A DNA stretch of 64,000 bases, from assembly GCF_004010195.1 (NCBI RefSeq), contig NC_057755.1:6806529-6870528 (forward strand), read 5' to 3'. Origin of the DNA: Chiloscyllium plagiosum. Lineage: Eukaryota. This document shows positions 49,896 through 64,000 of the stretch, one piece after another; the stretch's first letter is position 1, and each line of letters opens with the position of its first letter. Made by a program: the position numbers and the translations under genes. Below the pieces are notes generated by a model that was not told the DNA's origin, did no database searches, and was given only the letters and a program-made list of their open reading frames with translations.

Positions 49896-52800
49896 TCTGG
49901 TTGACATATAACTTGAGATTTATGACAATACAGCTGACAGCTAACTTTGCAAAAGGAAATCATGCGCTCAGCTGGTCATTATACGCACATCTCATCAATA
50001 ATAATAAAAATGCAGTTGCAGTTCGCACTGCCCTCAATGGGATTTAGTGTAAAGTGTTCAATTGGAAATGTCGAAAGGGATGGTTGATCAATGCTGGCCA
50101 GCCAGAAGTGCCCACACCCTACAAATAAATCAAACCTATGTCCTCTATTTCTGGACTCACCCACTGCAGGGAAGAGACCTTGTCTATTTATCCTATACAT
50201 GCCCCTCATGAATTTATGAACCTGTACAGATACACCCCTCAGTCTCCAACTCTCCAGGGAAAATAGCCATCGTCAACTCAACCTCTCCCAAAAGATCAAA
50301 TTCTCCAACCCTGGCCACAGACTTGTAAATCTTTTGCGAACGCTTCCATGTTTCACAACGTCTTTCTGAGAAGAAGGAGAACGGAAGTGCACGCAATATT
50401 CCAACAGTGACCGAACCAATGTCCTGTACAGCCCCAACTTGACCTCCTGACTATTGTCTTCAATACTTTGAACAAGTAAAGTAAGCAGACCAAACCCTTC
50501 TTCGCTATCCTATCTACCTGTGACTCCACTTTCAAGAAAGTATGAATCTGCACTCCAAGGTCTCTTTGTTCAGCATTGCTCCCGAGGACTTGACCACAAT
50601 GTGTACAAGTGAAGATATGATTTATCTTTCCATAATGCAGCACCTTACATTTATCCAAATTAAACTCCATCTGACACTCCTTAGCGTATGGACCCATCTG
50701 ATCAAGATCTCTTTACACTCAGAGGTAACCTTCTTCGCTGTCCCACTGCACCTCCACTGTTGATGTCATCTACAAACTTTCTAGCTACATTAGCAGTGTT
50801 CATATCCAAAGTATTTAAATAAATGCTGAAACACAGTGGAGCCAGCAATGATCCTTCTGGCACTCTATTGGTCACAGGTCTCAAGTCTGAAAACAACCCT
50901 CCACCACCACCCTCTTCTACCTTCGAGCCAGTTCTGTATCCAAATGGCTAGTTCTCCCTGTATTCCTTGTGATCTCACCTTGCAAAATATGTTTGAACAC
51001 TTATTGAAGTCTCTTTAGACCAAATCCACCGCTCACTCATCAATCCTCTTTTCTACTTCGAGTCATGGATTTCTACAGCATGGAAACTGCTCCTTCGCCC
51101 TACAGGTCCTTGCCGGCCAAAATGTCCTTTCACACTAACCCCATTTCCCTGCACTTGACCCATATCCTTCTAATCATTTCCTATCCATGCATTTGTTCAA
51201 ATACAATTTAAATGTTGTTAATTTACCTGCCTTAACCAGTTCCACTGGCAGCTCATTCCATATGCGTTCCACCCTCTGTGTAAAAGGGTTACCCCTCAGC
51301 CTCTCTATTATTCTTTCCCCTCTAACATTAAACTGATTCCCACTAATTTTCGATTCTTCAAACCTGGGGAAAAGATTGAGTGCATTGACTCTATCATACT
51401 TCTAATAGAGTCATAGAGTCATAGAGATGTACAGCATGGAAACAGACCTTTCGGTCCAATCCGTCCATGCCGACCAGATATCCCAACCCAATCTCGTCCC
51501 ACCTGCCAGCACCTGGCCCATATCCCTCCAAACACTTCCTATTCATATACCCATCCAAATGCCTCTTAAATGTTGCAATTGTACCATCCTCCACCACTTC
51601 CGCTGGCAGCTCATTCCATACACGTACCACTCTGTGCGAAAGTTGCCTCGTCGGTCTCTTTTATATCTTTCCTCTCTCACCCTAAACCTATGCCCTCTAG
51701 TTATGGACTCCCCGAGCCCGGGGAAACGACTTTGCCTATTTACTTTATACATGCCCCTCAGAAATTATCTTGTACACTTCTGTAAGCACCCCCGTCAGTC
51801 TCTTACACTCTGAAGAAATACAAGTTGTAGCTTGTCCAACCTCTGCATGTAATTCAGTCCGTTCAGTCTTGGCAACGTCCTTGTAAATTTCTTCCACACT
51901 TTTTCCCGTTTACTAATATCCTTCCAATACCAAGGTGAATAAAAGTGAACACCGTATTCTAAGTGCAGCCTCACCAGCGTCCAGTATAACTGCAACATAT
52001 CTCCCAACTTCTCTACTCAGTGCTGTGACTAATGAAGGCCAGTGTACCAAAAGCCTTCCTCGCTGCCCTGTCTACCTATGACACCCCATTCAGAGAACCG
52101 TGCACCTGAACTGCAAGATCCCTCTGTTCCACTCCACACCTTAAGGCACTGTCATTCACCATGAAACCCAGACCTGATTTGACTTTCGAAAATGCAAGAT
52201 CTCACACTTACCGGTATTAAACACAGTTAACCATTGCTCATCCCACTTCCACAGCTGATCAAGGTCCTACTGCAGTTTCTGACAACCTTCCTTACTGTCC
52301 ACCATACCGCATCTATTAGTGTCATCTGCAAGCTTTCTAATCTTATCTTGTACATGCTCATCCAAATCACTGAGAACGATAACAAACAGCATTGGGCCCA
52401 GCACCGAACCCTGGGGCACTCACCTAGTCACAGGCCTCCAGTCCAATAAGCATCTTCCACTGTTACACTCTGCTTCCTACCAACAAGTCAATTATGTATG
52501 TGTATCCAATTTTCTTGACCCCATGGATTCCATATGATCTAACATTCCACAGCAGCATAACATGTGGAACGCTATCAAAGGCCTTACTGAAATCCACACA
52601 GAATACGTCTACCACCCTGTCGTCATCAGACTTCCTGGTCACATTAGTGAGGTATGACCTCCCACACACAAACCCCTTTGTAGCAAACACAATGCTGTAC
52701 TTGTCCTGGGAATGCCCTATTTAGGCTGTGTAAAGAAAGTTTAATATGTTTCAACACCGTGGAGTCCCTGTCCTTAGAGTATTCAATAGAGACAATATAG

Positions 52801-53286
52801 AAAGAGTTTTGTGCTGTATCTAACCCTATGCTGCCCCTGTCCTGCAGTGTAGAGAAAGCTTTATTCTGTATCTAAATCAACTCCCCAATTGCCCTGTAGA
52901 TTTAGATAGAAATGATTTTGATATGGGAAGTCTGATGCATTGGCAGGACAACTGAAATAATGTGAAATGTGATGTGATCCTTTTTGGATGTTAGACTGAA
53001 TACAAGATAAACAAAATAGTCACATGTTACATTGAGAGGAAGAATACAGAAAGTTGCTGGTCCATTTCTGTTCTGTTACATATCTCCAAGTGACAGATTG
53101 GGGCTGAATTACTGTCACAATGGGAAATGCCTCAAAAGCTGTTCACTGCACTGTATTGATGCATCATCAAAATGTGAATTCCCTCTGCAGGGTGATTAAA
53201 ATGCAAATTCCAAATCTAAGGGCAGCGAATGCAGGGGAAAATGTCACATTCGAGCTATGTCTGCCTAACCTTCGAAGCTCGGAGAG

Positions 53287-55848
53287 AATGAGGAGTGCAG
53301 ATGCTGGAGATCAGAGTAGAATTGTGTTGTTCTGGAAATACACAGCCGGTCAGGCAGCATCCAAGGAGAAGGAGAATGGACGTTTCGAGCATTAGAACTT
53401 CATCAGGAATAAGGCTTGTGTCCCAAGGGGGCTGACGGATAAATGGGAGGTGGTGAGGGATTGGGACGTCGAAGGTGACTGGGAAAGCAATAGATAGATA
53501 AATGTGTGGCTGATGGCGATAGGTTGGAGAGCAGGGTGCAGCAGATAGGCGGGAACGAAGATGGTCAGATCGGACCGTTCTAGAGGGTAGTGCCGAGATG
53601 GAAGTTTGGGACTGGGATAAGTTGGAGGAAGGGAAATGAGGAAACTGGTGATATCCACATTGACCCATGTGGTTGGAGAGTCTCACTCTCTCATCCTCAC
53701 AACATGCAGTCCTCCACACCCTCTGCTCCAAACCCAAACTCACTGTCAAACCAGCAGTCAACGAGTAGTGGCGAGGTGCTGTTGGTGTTGGGGTGAGCTG
53801 TGCTAGTTTGGCACACCGACCTCTAGACTGCTGAAACCAGGCACCAACTCAAAGACACCTCCTCCTATTAACCAGCCGAATATGACTTCACCTTCTATCA
53901 CCAAACCATCATCTCCCACACTATCCACAACCCCATGACCTCTGGAGAACTCCCATTTTCATAGTCCAGGAAGCCACACCACCCCAGTCTAGCTCTAAGC
54001 CAAGATTCACAAACCTGACTGTCCCGGTCGACCCATTGTCTCAGCCTGCTCCTTCCCCACTGAACTTTTGTCTGCATACCTAGACACCATCCTGTCCCCA
54101 TTAGTCCAGGAAATTCGCAGCTACATTAGGGGCACCACCGATAGCCTCCAATAGCTCCATGAATTCATTTTTCCTGTCCCATAACGGCTTGGAGATGGGC
54201 ATCCATGGACATGGACATCGACATCCAGTCCCTGTGCACATGTATCCGCCATGATGAAGGCCTCAAAGCCCTCTATTCCTACTCTCACGCCAACTCAACC
54301 AGTACACTTCAAATGACCTTTCACTCCTCACCTTCAACAATTTCTCCTTCCCATCCTCCCACTTCCTCCAGACGTAAAGGAGTGGTCATGGGCGCCCACA
54401 TGTGCCCCAACTATGCCTACCTCTACATCAGGTACATGGAAGATTCCATCCTCCGCAGCTGCACTGGCACCAACTATATCGGCGCCACCTCGTGCTCCCA
54501 CGAGGAGTTTGAACAGTTCTTCAACTTCATCAACACCTTCCATCCTGATCTTACGTTCAACTGGACCACCTGAGACACCTCTGTCCCCTTCCAGGACGTC
54601 TCGATTTCCATTTCCGGCGTCTGACTCAACATAGACATCCACGATAATCCCACCGAATCCCACAGCTCCCTGCACAACACCTCCTCCGATCCTGCCTCCT
54701 GTACAAAAGCTATCCTTTATCACCAATGCCTCAGTATCTGCCACATTAGCTCCTAGGAGGACCAGTTCCACCAAGAACATCCGATATAGCCTCCATCATC
54801 AAAGATCACAATTTTCCCTCCCACGTGGTTGACGATGCCCTCCAGCACATCTCCTCCACCTTTGCACCTCGACCTTTGAACACATCTCTTCCAACCGCAA
54901 CAAGGGCAGACACCCCTGGTCCTAACCGTCCACCCCTCAACCTCCAGTGACAATGCATCATCCTCCGTCATTCCACCGACTTCAAAGAGACCCCACCAGA
55001 AGTGATATACTTTTCTCCCCACTCCATCTGCGTTTCAGAGAGATCATTCCCTCCGTGACTCGCTTCTCAGGTCCACGTCTCACCCCAACTACCCTCCCTC
55101 CCCTCTTGGTACCTTGCCCCGCCACTTCCAGAAGTTCAAACTCTGCGCCCACACATACCCCCTCACCTCTATGCAAGGCCCCAAAGGATCCTACGACGTC
55201 CAACACAAATTTACCTGCACTTCCACACACGTCATCTTCTGTATCCATTGCTCTCGATGTGCTCTCCTCTACATTGAGGAGACAGCATGCCAACTTGTGC
55301 ATCATTTTAGCGAACATATCCAGGACACCTGCACCAACCAACCACACCATCCAGTGAGTGATCATTTCAACTCCCCCTCCCACTTCTCCCAGGACATGCA
55401 AGTCGTGGGCCTCCTTCGTCCCCAAATCCTAATCACCTGACGCCTGGAGGAAGATTGCCTCATCTTCCAACTTGGGACCCTGCAACCACACGGGATTAAT
55501 GTGGATTTCACGAGTTTCCCCATTTCCCCTCTCCCCAAGCAATCCCAGGCCTAAACTTCGAACTTGGCACTAACTTCTTGTCATGTCATAGCTGTCTATC
55601 TTCCTTCCCACCTATCCCCTCCACCCTCCTCCATGATCTATCACTTTTGACCCACTTTCACCACCTGTCGCATTCCCAACTAACATCCCTCCCCCCCAGC
55701 TCCACATCCCTGCAATTTATCTCTCTCAGCCCCCTTGGCCCACAAGCCTAATTCCTGATGAAAGGTTTGTGCCTGAAACGTCGATTCTCCTCCTCCTCGG
55801 CTGCTGCCTGGCCTCCTGTGCTTTTCCAGCGCCACTCTCTTTGAACCT
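53287..55848 (+). mobile_element. Penelope-like element with inverted pLTR (copy 2)
   Basis: GIY-YIG ORF 55114-55440 (HKFTCTSTHVIFCIHCSRCALLYIEET...HFSEH...VSDHFN), RT remnants, and an inverted 3' end at 53287-53680. Confidence 0.9.
55751..55787 (+). ncRNA. Minimal hammerhead ribozyme motif in the PLE 3' pLTR
   Basis: CTGATGA-A-AGGT ttgt GCCT-GAAAC-GTC: both conserved boxes, a 4-bp stem II and a GUC cleavage triplet. Stem I is weak. Confidence 0.6.
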
Positions 55849-57831
55849 TACTGTCCCAGCTCCATATATCTGAGAGACTCAAATATACAAAGATTAAATC
55901 AGATATCTGATATTCTGTACCCAAACCCCTCAATTCAGTTCCAGTCTGTAACTCTCTTCGTGGTATCTGTTATTCTGTGTATAACCCACCCTGAACTCCT
56001 TGATTAGATTCCAGTCTGTAATTCACTCCGGGGTATCTTTTATTCTGTATTTCACCCACAGTGAACTCCTTGATGAGATTCGAATCTTTTCCTTCTCCCA
56101 CGCATCTGGCATTAGAAATACAGACTACTCCATGCCCCTCAATTCAGTTCCAGTCTGTAACTCACTCCCCGGTACCTCTTATTCCATATATACCCAGCCC
56201 AAACCCCTCGATTAAATTCCGTTCTGTACGTCATTCCAGTATCTGTTATTCCAAATGTAAATCACCCCGAACCCCGCGATTACATTGCAGTCTGTATCTC
56301 ATTCCTGAGTATCTGATATCCCATATAAAAAACACCCAAACTCCTCTGTTAGATCTTAGTCTGTAAGTCACTCCTTGGCAGCTGTTATTTCAAACCACCC
56401 TGAACCCGTCTGTATCTCACTCCATATTGTGTTGCTGCATATTTAAACCACCCCAAACCTCTCAAGTAGATTCCAGTCTGTAACTCACTCACGGGTAATT
56501 ATTATTCCCTATATATTCTGTCCAGATCCCTTTGATTAGATTCTAATCTGTAACCCATTCCCGGATATCCGGTGCTCTATGTAACAACACCCCATACTCC
56601 TCGATTAGATTTCAGACTCAAACAATATATACCGATTCACTTACCATCTCTAAATCGAATTATCCTTCATTCACACCCTGTACTTTTGTCAGTGTGTGTG
56701 TATCTGTCTGATTCTCTCAACACTCCTGCAATATCTGAAAATTCCCACATCCATCCGTGACGTTATTGAATTGGTTCATGGTGTACATGTCCCCTGGACA
56801 ATCCCAGTCAGACTTCCCCATTTGACGTGTCTCATCCCCTGGGAATATTTGGAAACTCATCATGTGTCCTCCGAATATTTGGTGATACCATCAAGTTAGC
56901 TTTCTGTAATTTGTATTCATGGATCCAGAAAATAAATCTTCAAATCGTAATAAGTACCGCATTATCCATGTAACTGACCCAATGATACAGGGCCCTAGTG
57001 ACACTGACACAGAAACACCCACACGCACGCAGACACACACAGTTTATACATGTGCTAGAAAAGCAGAGCTTGTATGCGAGAGAGATGTCCAATGAGTGAG
57101 TGAGCAAGAGAAAGACTGTGAATATATGCATGAGAGAGTGCATGTGTGTGAGACCTCTCTCACAAACCTGTGTCTCTATCTCACACACAGGCATTGTCTC
57201 TCTCGTTCTCTCCAACAGAAGCATACACACACAGGCGTGTTCTATCTCTCTTTCTCTTTCCCCCCTCTCTCTCACATACACACAAAGAAATTTCCGTGAA
57301 AATAATTGAGCTCAGACCCTGACTGACACACTTCCTGACAAAACCTGTGTCAAGTGCCCATGATCTCCACAGTCCTGTGTTGGAGGAGTGTGTGCGTGTG
57401 TGCGTGGTGGGAATTGAGGGGGGAAATGTGGGTGTTGAGGGGCAGGAATGCCATCTATGATTTAAATTCCCAAACTCTGCCGATATTTTGAGAAAGTGAA
57501 AGAAAATAGAAGGTTGAAAGTTAGAAATGGCTGCCTGAAGAGCAGGGCAGGGAAAGACAGATGGAGACAGAGAGGCACAGGGACAGAGAGAGAGAGAGAG
57601 AGATTTTGATTCTGCGAACCACATGTATAGCAGGAACGTGCCAAGAGGTCCTCAGAAAATATCCCCTTCTCTACCCAGCACTGTGTGTGCCTCGGGGTGT
57701 CTACAGTCAGGCTCTTGGACGCTAGTTTTGGCCCAATGTTTAATATTTACAAATTGCACCGACAGGACCAACCAGGCTTAAGGAAAAGTTTAATCACGAG
57801 GAATGGTAACGCGTTACTGTCCCAGCATTAA

Positions 57832-58125
57832 GGGCGGAATGGTAGCACAGTGATTAGCACTGCTGCCTCACAGCGCCAGAGCCCGAGTTCTATTCCCGCC
57901 TCAGGCGACTCTCTGTGTGGAGTTTGCACATTCTCCCCGTGTATACGTGAGTTTCTTCCAGGTGCTCCGGTTTCCTCCCACAATCCAAAAATGTGCAGGT
58001 TAAGTGAAGTAGCCACGCTTAATTGCCCATAGTGTTAAGTGTAGATGAATGGGTCTGGGTGGGCTGCGGGTCGGTGCGGACTTGTTGGGCCGAAGGGCCT
58101 GTTTCCACACTGTAAGTAATCTAAT
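57832..58125 (+). mobile_element. HE1-type SINE (copy 2 of 29973-30266)
   Basis: Same sequence at the same position within the duplicated block. Confidence 0.92.
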
Positions 58126-61100
58126 AAACATCTCAGTGCGCAGAAAGAGCCAACAAGGCTCCTGTCCTGGGAATTAACATCTCAATCACACAGCGTCCTC
58201 CCCAGGGACTGACAGACGTTGCAATGTGTCAAAGATTGAAGGGGTGGAATCCACAAACTCCCCACTGAGAACAAATGTGGTCAAGAAACTTCCAGACTGA
58301 TTCTTAAATCCTGTTCTTTTTTCTCTTTCTCTCGAATGTGAGCAGTTTTTCGAGTCTGGATGTGTGTGTGTTTGTGTGTTTATTAATGTTTCCAGCCTCT
58401 GCTTAATTGTTGTCTTATGTTTTGTTTGCATTTTGATGTTGCTGTCATTTTATGCAATGCATTGGGGATGCAGCTGGTGAAGAGGATGTGCTTTTAAACC
58501 AGGGATTTTGCTGTGTAATTTTGCATCAGAATGTTCTCTTGACTCATTTCAAATAATCTTTTCTCTCTTTTATTCCGAGGAACATTTGTTGGGAAAGCTG
58601 CAAATTGAGATCCAAAATGATTAGAGCCTGGAAAGCATTCCTAAGGAACAACCTCCAGAAGGGAGCACGGGCCAAAGGCCTGAGAACTGTTGGCCCGGAT
58701 GCACCCAAGGGTGCTCAGGTGAGATGTGGTCTGCTTATTACCCCGAGGTTTCGTATCCTCCGGGAGGCGGGGGGGGGGGGTGGTGGGGGGTGGGTGTGGA
58801 TTGTAGGGACCACACTGGTTAACTGGGTACTATCAGAAAGTTGCCCTGTGGTTTTTTAAAAGTGGTTGGAAGCCTGTGGTTAAAGTAAACGGGGCCTTGG
58901 TTTTGTGACAAAAAACAGTCTAAACTCTGGGATCTGGGATGCAGGACTCCCCGAGGAGGGAATTAAAACCCACAATATCTGAGCCTTTGTCAACACTTAT
59001 CGCGCTGTCAGAATAATGTGGTTCGTATGGCAGGGAGAGAAAGAGATCGAGATAAAGCGAGTGACAGAAAGAATTGAAAAATTGAGAGAGCAGGAGAAAC
59101 AGAAAGAGACAGGTAGAATGGGAGAGAGGAAGAGAGAGAGAGAAAGAGAGAGAGACAATGTGAGGTTGTGAAATAGCTGTAATGCTCAATTCTGAGGTGA
59201 CAGGAAACAATTAAACTGAAAATTAAACTGAACGAGCTTCATGGAGGGAAATAAAAGAAAGATCAGATTATCAAGCTCCTGAAGCATTGGCGCATGTGGG
59301 ATCTTGCTGTGCAGCAGATGCCATTGTTGCAGGAACTGAGTGCTTTAATCAGCTAACCCATCATTTCAAAAACTTTTCCAACATGAAAATTCAACTCCAT
59401 GCCCGATATGTTTGTATTCTCCCATCAAATCTTCTTGTATCCGGAAAGATCCATTTGGGATGAAAGATACAGCATTAGGTGAAAGGCAAAGCATGAACAT
59501 CTTTTACAGGAACAAAGCACAGCAAGATCCCAGGCTTTCTCCTCTCAGTGATACAGATAATGTCTCTCAGTCTCTCTCTCTCACGCATACATACACATAC
59601 TCACACACAAACATTTCAGTGGTGATACTTGAGCTCAGACCCTCACTGACACACCTCCTGACAAAACCTGTGTACAGTCCACATGACCACTTCAATACTG
59701 TGTTGGGGAGAATGTATGTGTGTCGGGAGGTGATGGGGGAGCAGAGAGGGTGAAATAAGGGACTTGGGGGCAGGCACGTGATCAATGATTTATATTTCTA
59801 ATCTCTGCTGATATATTTGAGAAAGGAAACAAGAGATTTAAAATCAAGATAGAAATGGCTGTACGTAGAGCAGGGCAGAGAGAAACAGTCAGAGAGACAC
59901 AGGGACAGAGAGAAAGTGAGAGAGAGAGGTAGAGTTTAATTGTGGGATACACAGCAAGAATTTCCTGACAGATCCTCAGCAAATAATTCCCTCTCTTCCC
60001 AGTCCCGTATGTGTCTCGGGGTGTCTACATTCAGGCTCTTAGACGATATTGTGAGCCCACTGTTCAATATTTTCAAACTGCACCGACATGACTAACAAGG
60101 CTTAAGAAAGGGGTTAACCAATCAGGAATGATAACGCTTTGCTGCCATAGAATTAACTCAGTGTGTAGCAAGATCCAACAAGGCCCCAGTCTTAGCAATT
60201 AACACTTCAATCTCACGGAGCTCTCCCCAGGGAGCAGACTGACAGACGTTGCAATGCGACAGAGATTTCAGGGTTGGAGTCCACAAACGCCTCACGAATA
60301 ATATATGTGGGCAAGAAATGGTCACATTAATTCTCAAACCTGCTGTTTTTCTCTTTCTCTTTCTCTCTCTCTCTTTTTAGTGTGAGCGCTTCTCCCAGTC
60401 TGGTTGAGTGTGTTTAAGTTTGTTTATTAATATTAGCTCTCTGGTTAATTGCTGTCTTGTATTTGTTTGTATTTTGTTGTTGCTGTAATCTCATGCAATG
60501 CATTGGGGATGATGAAGGGGTGCTTTTAAACCTGGGATCTTGCAGTGTAATTTTGTGTCAATGTCCTCTCTCTCCCCGCTTTCAACTCAGCTTTTCTCTC
60601 TATTACCTAAGGGCCATTTGTTGCAAAAGTAGAAAAGCGAACATTCATATTGATAAAGCCTGGGAAAGCATTGGACGCAGAAAATCTCCAGAAGGGAAGC
60701 ATGGGCCGAAGGCCCGAGGCCTGTCGCCAGGCTGCGCCCTCTCCGTCCAAGGAGAGTAGGGCTGTGTGTATTACCCGGAGGTTTCATCTCCTCTGATAAT
60801 GGGGTTGAGGGTGGGTTTGGAGGCGTGGGAAGCCTGGCTTTAGGGGCCTCTGGTTAACTGGGTCCTGTCAAGTTGCGGCGTTGTCATTTTTAAAACAGGT
60901 TTGAAACCTAGGGTTAACGTAACTGAGGCCATGGGATTATGACACAAACAAGTTAACCCCCAGGATCTGGGAGGCAGGACTCCCTGAGGAGTGAGTTAAA
61001 ACTCAAAATATCTGACCCAACATAAAGAATTGTCACACTGTCAGAGTAATGTGTGTCACAGAGAGGGCACGATGATTAAAAATTTAACAGGGAGCGAAAG

Positions 61101-63868
61101 AGAGTGAGAGAAAGAAATGAAAAATGGAGAGAGCAGTAGAAACAGAAGGAGAGAGAGAGAGGCATCGAGAGATTGTGAAATAGCTGTAATGTTTAATTCT
61201 GGAGTGACAGGTAATAATAAAACTGAACCAGCATCACAGACGGAAATAAGAGTGATCAGATAATGGAGCTGCTGCAGCATTGTCACGTGTCGGACCTTGC
61301 TGTATGTCAGATGCCCAAATGCCTCCGTTGCCTCCCCAAACCCACTCCCACCCGCACTCCCAGAGTCATTGAATCAGCTAACCTGTCATTTCAAAACGTT
61401 TTTCAATGTGAAACCTCAATTCATTTCCTGATACGTTTGTGTTGGATGCTTCTGAGAAATTGTGTCACTGAGAGGTGAAAATCAGGGATCTTGCTGTGCT
61501 ATCTCCCAGTGAAAGATTTTCCAAATTTGGCTTTCATGTAATGCTGCCTCTGTCCTCCCAAAAGGATCTTTCAAGCCACTTGAAGAGTTGAAGAAAGAGA
61601 GTTTGGGACCAGGAAACCCTCAAACAGGAACTTTATCCTGAGAGGACCCAGTCCTGAGGCCTGTTTGACACAATCTGTTCATTTCAATTCAATCCACTGA
61701 GTATCTGGTGGGGGTGGGGGCTGGTGGAGTGGATGGTCTCTGTCTGCCTTACTCTCTGTCCCCTCTCTTGAAACCTCTCCCCTTTTCTTCTGTTGAATTT
61801 TCAACCAAATAAAAATTGGACAGAGTGACAAAGAGATAGAGATATTTAAAAATGGAAATAGAGAGAGAGAGAGAGAGAGAGAGGAAGATGGAAATAGATG
61901 CAGAGACAAAGAGAGAGAGAGAGACAGGCAGGGAAAGACATAGATAAAGATCCACAGTCAGAATTGTGAATTGTGGAAGTGCTGGCGTTAATGGGTTCTT
62001 GCTGTGTGGAAATGGCATGGAAGCATTGTTTTACGGAGAGGTTGTTGCTGGGGATGGGGTTGGGTATTCTGGCTCAGAGCAACGAAGAGGAAATATCATG
62101 AAATATACATTTTGGATCTTATGTGCACCCCTCGGCCCCTGGGTCATCTATTACATATCAGAGCAGCGTATGTACATGGCAAAGGCTCTGTATCATACCA
62201 CCTTTACCCAGCACAGACCAACCCCAATCTCTCCTTCCACACCCCCCAGAATGTTTTATTGCTATGGATAATATATCCGGGACAGGATAGGGAGATCAAC
62301 TTTAAATTGGAGCCAGGGAGAAGAGGCCATTTCAGTCGGAATGGAGCGGGCATGGAGAGAGAGGGAGAGAAGAAAGTGGAGGAGAGTGAGGGATGTGTGG
62401 GAATGGAGAAAGAGGGGACAGACGAGCTGTGGGAGAGACATAGATCGATTGTTCAGAGCAGGAGAAAGCTAAGGAGAGATGGAGAAGGAGATAGGGACAG
62501 AGCGAGAGGGATAATGAGATAGGGAAGGGAGGAAGAGTCACAGTGAATGGGATGGAGTTGGGGAGATAAAGGGCAGAAGAGAGAGAGAGTTAAAGAGGAA
62601 AGGTCTGAGTTGTGGGGGGAAAGAGAGAGGAACAAGTGAAAAACAGAGAGTTTTTCCCAGTGGAAGGTTTTAAAACGGGCTTGAAGCCTGGGGTTAAATA
62701 ACCAAGGCGTTTAGATTGTGATACAAACAGGATAACCCCCAGGATCTGGGAAGCAGGATTCCCGAGGCGGGAATTGATAACTGAAATGAGAAACTCTCTC
62801 CAAAGGCTGCGTTCTCATCTCAGAGCAATCTGAGAGGTGCTTCGGCCAGGGGGATAAAATGTGATAATCACAGAAATGAGACACAGGCTCGACATTTGAA
62901 TTGAATTCACTGAGTATTTGCGAAGTCATGGTCTCTCTGTGTCTTTTTCTCCAGTTTTCTTTTGATCAATTTTCAAACAAATAAAATCATCACACAACTT
63001 AGAGCCGTCGTTATTTAAGGAGGGGTTGTGATAAAAAAAAGTGTACAGGATTAAATCAGACAGAAAGTAGGAGAGAGATATCAGAGATGGAGAGCGTGTG
63101 AGGGCGGGAGAGGTAAGAGAGGTGGAGGGAGCAGACTGCGAGAAGGGGATCAGAATAGAAACGGGTGAATTTTGGAATTTGCCAAACAGTAGGATTGGTC
63201 CGTCTGTGTCGTCTTGGAGACATAATCAAACCCTTAACGAGCGTCAGTAACACACTCAGGCTGTGTGTGGTCACACTGCTGCTTCGGAGATCTTGCTGTG
63301 CGTGTTTATTAATGTTTCTCGCCTGTGGTCAACGGTTCGATGTTGATTTCTCTGTATTTCGATGCTGCTGAGATGTTCTGCAATGCATTAGTTGAGAAGT
63401 AATTAATCTGAACCAATGTGACAGGGTAAAGTGGGAGTTTGTGGAAGGCAGAGAGACATGGAATTTTGCTGTGTTTTTGATGCAACTGTTGTGTTGACTG
63501 TTCCTCCCCTCTGGATCCGGAAACTGAAACTCAGGAAGGTGCAGAATCAGAGAGAATCAAATCATTTTTGCAGTGAGGAATAGTCAAACAAGACGTGGAA
63601 CCAGAGAGAGATAGAGAGACAGGGAGAGAGAGAAATCAGAAACTGTCATGTCTCCCTGTCATGCATTTACACACACACACAAACAGAAAAGAATTGAGGG
63701 GTTCAGACTGTCTCTGGAATTTTTAATCACAAGAGACGAGTTCTGGTCTGAGATGGGGGAGACATTGGGGCGAAAAGATGGAGGTGGAGCTGCTGCACAG
63801 TCTGATCCCACAGATGTCACTGCCTCCCTCTCACACTTCGGTTCCCATCTCTACCTCTGTGTTACCAG

Positions 63869-63901
<33 letters not shown>

Positions 63902-63932
63902 TTTCTCTCTCTCTCTCTCTCCCTCTCTCTCA
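63869..63932. repeat. (CT)n microsatellite
   Basis: Direct observation. Confidence 0.9.
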
Positions 63933-64000
63933 GTCTGTCCCACATCTTACCTTCAATCCCCATCCTTCCCATCTCTGCCCTGTTCACATTCCCCTGTCGA

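Larger units (their letters stand above)
40570..64000 (+). repeat. Segmental duplication, copy 2 (runs off the window end)
   Basis: Colinear with 14850-35250. The last 40 nt match 35212-35250. Confidence 0.95.

Overview
Eukaryotic, repeat-dense vertebrate DNA, most likely from a cartilaginous fish (shark), judged from HE1-type SINEs, shark-type CR1 LINEs, Penelope-like elements (PLEs) and two-exon GPR139-like receptor genes. The only credible host protein-coding content is a GPR139-like class A GPCR cluster. It has a minus-strand first exon (6801-6870), a divergently oriented plus-strand first exon (11326-11394, net 1 nt short), and two intact large terminal 7TM exons (20365-21278 and 46149-47062; 32 of 301 aa differ). 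The two 7TM exons lie in a >20 kb segmental duplication (about 14850-35250 versus 40570-64000) separated by two assembly gaps. No first exon is visible for the second copy. The rest is decayed CR1 LINEs, PLEs carrying minimal hammerhead-ribozyme motifs, SINEs, minisatellites, and an unexplained mosaic ~2.1 kb repeat region peppered with a GGGATCTTGCTGTG motif. Most ORFs in the supplied track are TE fragments or noise. All comparisons were made by eye, so TE boundaries are approximate.
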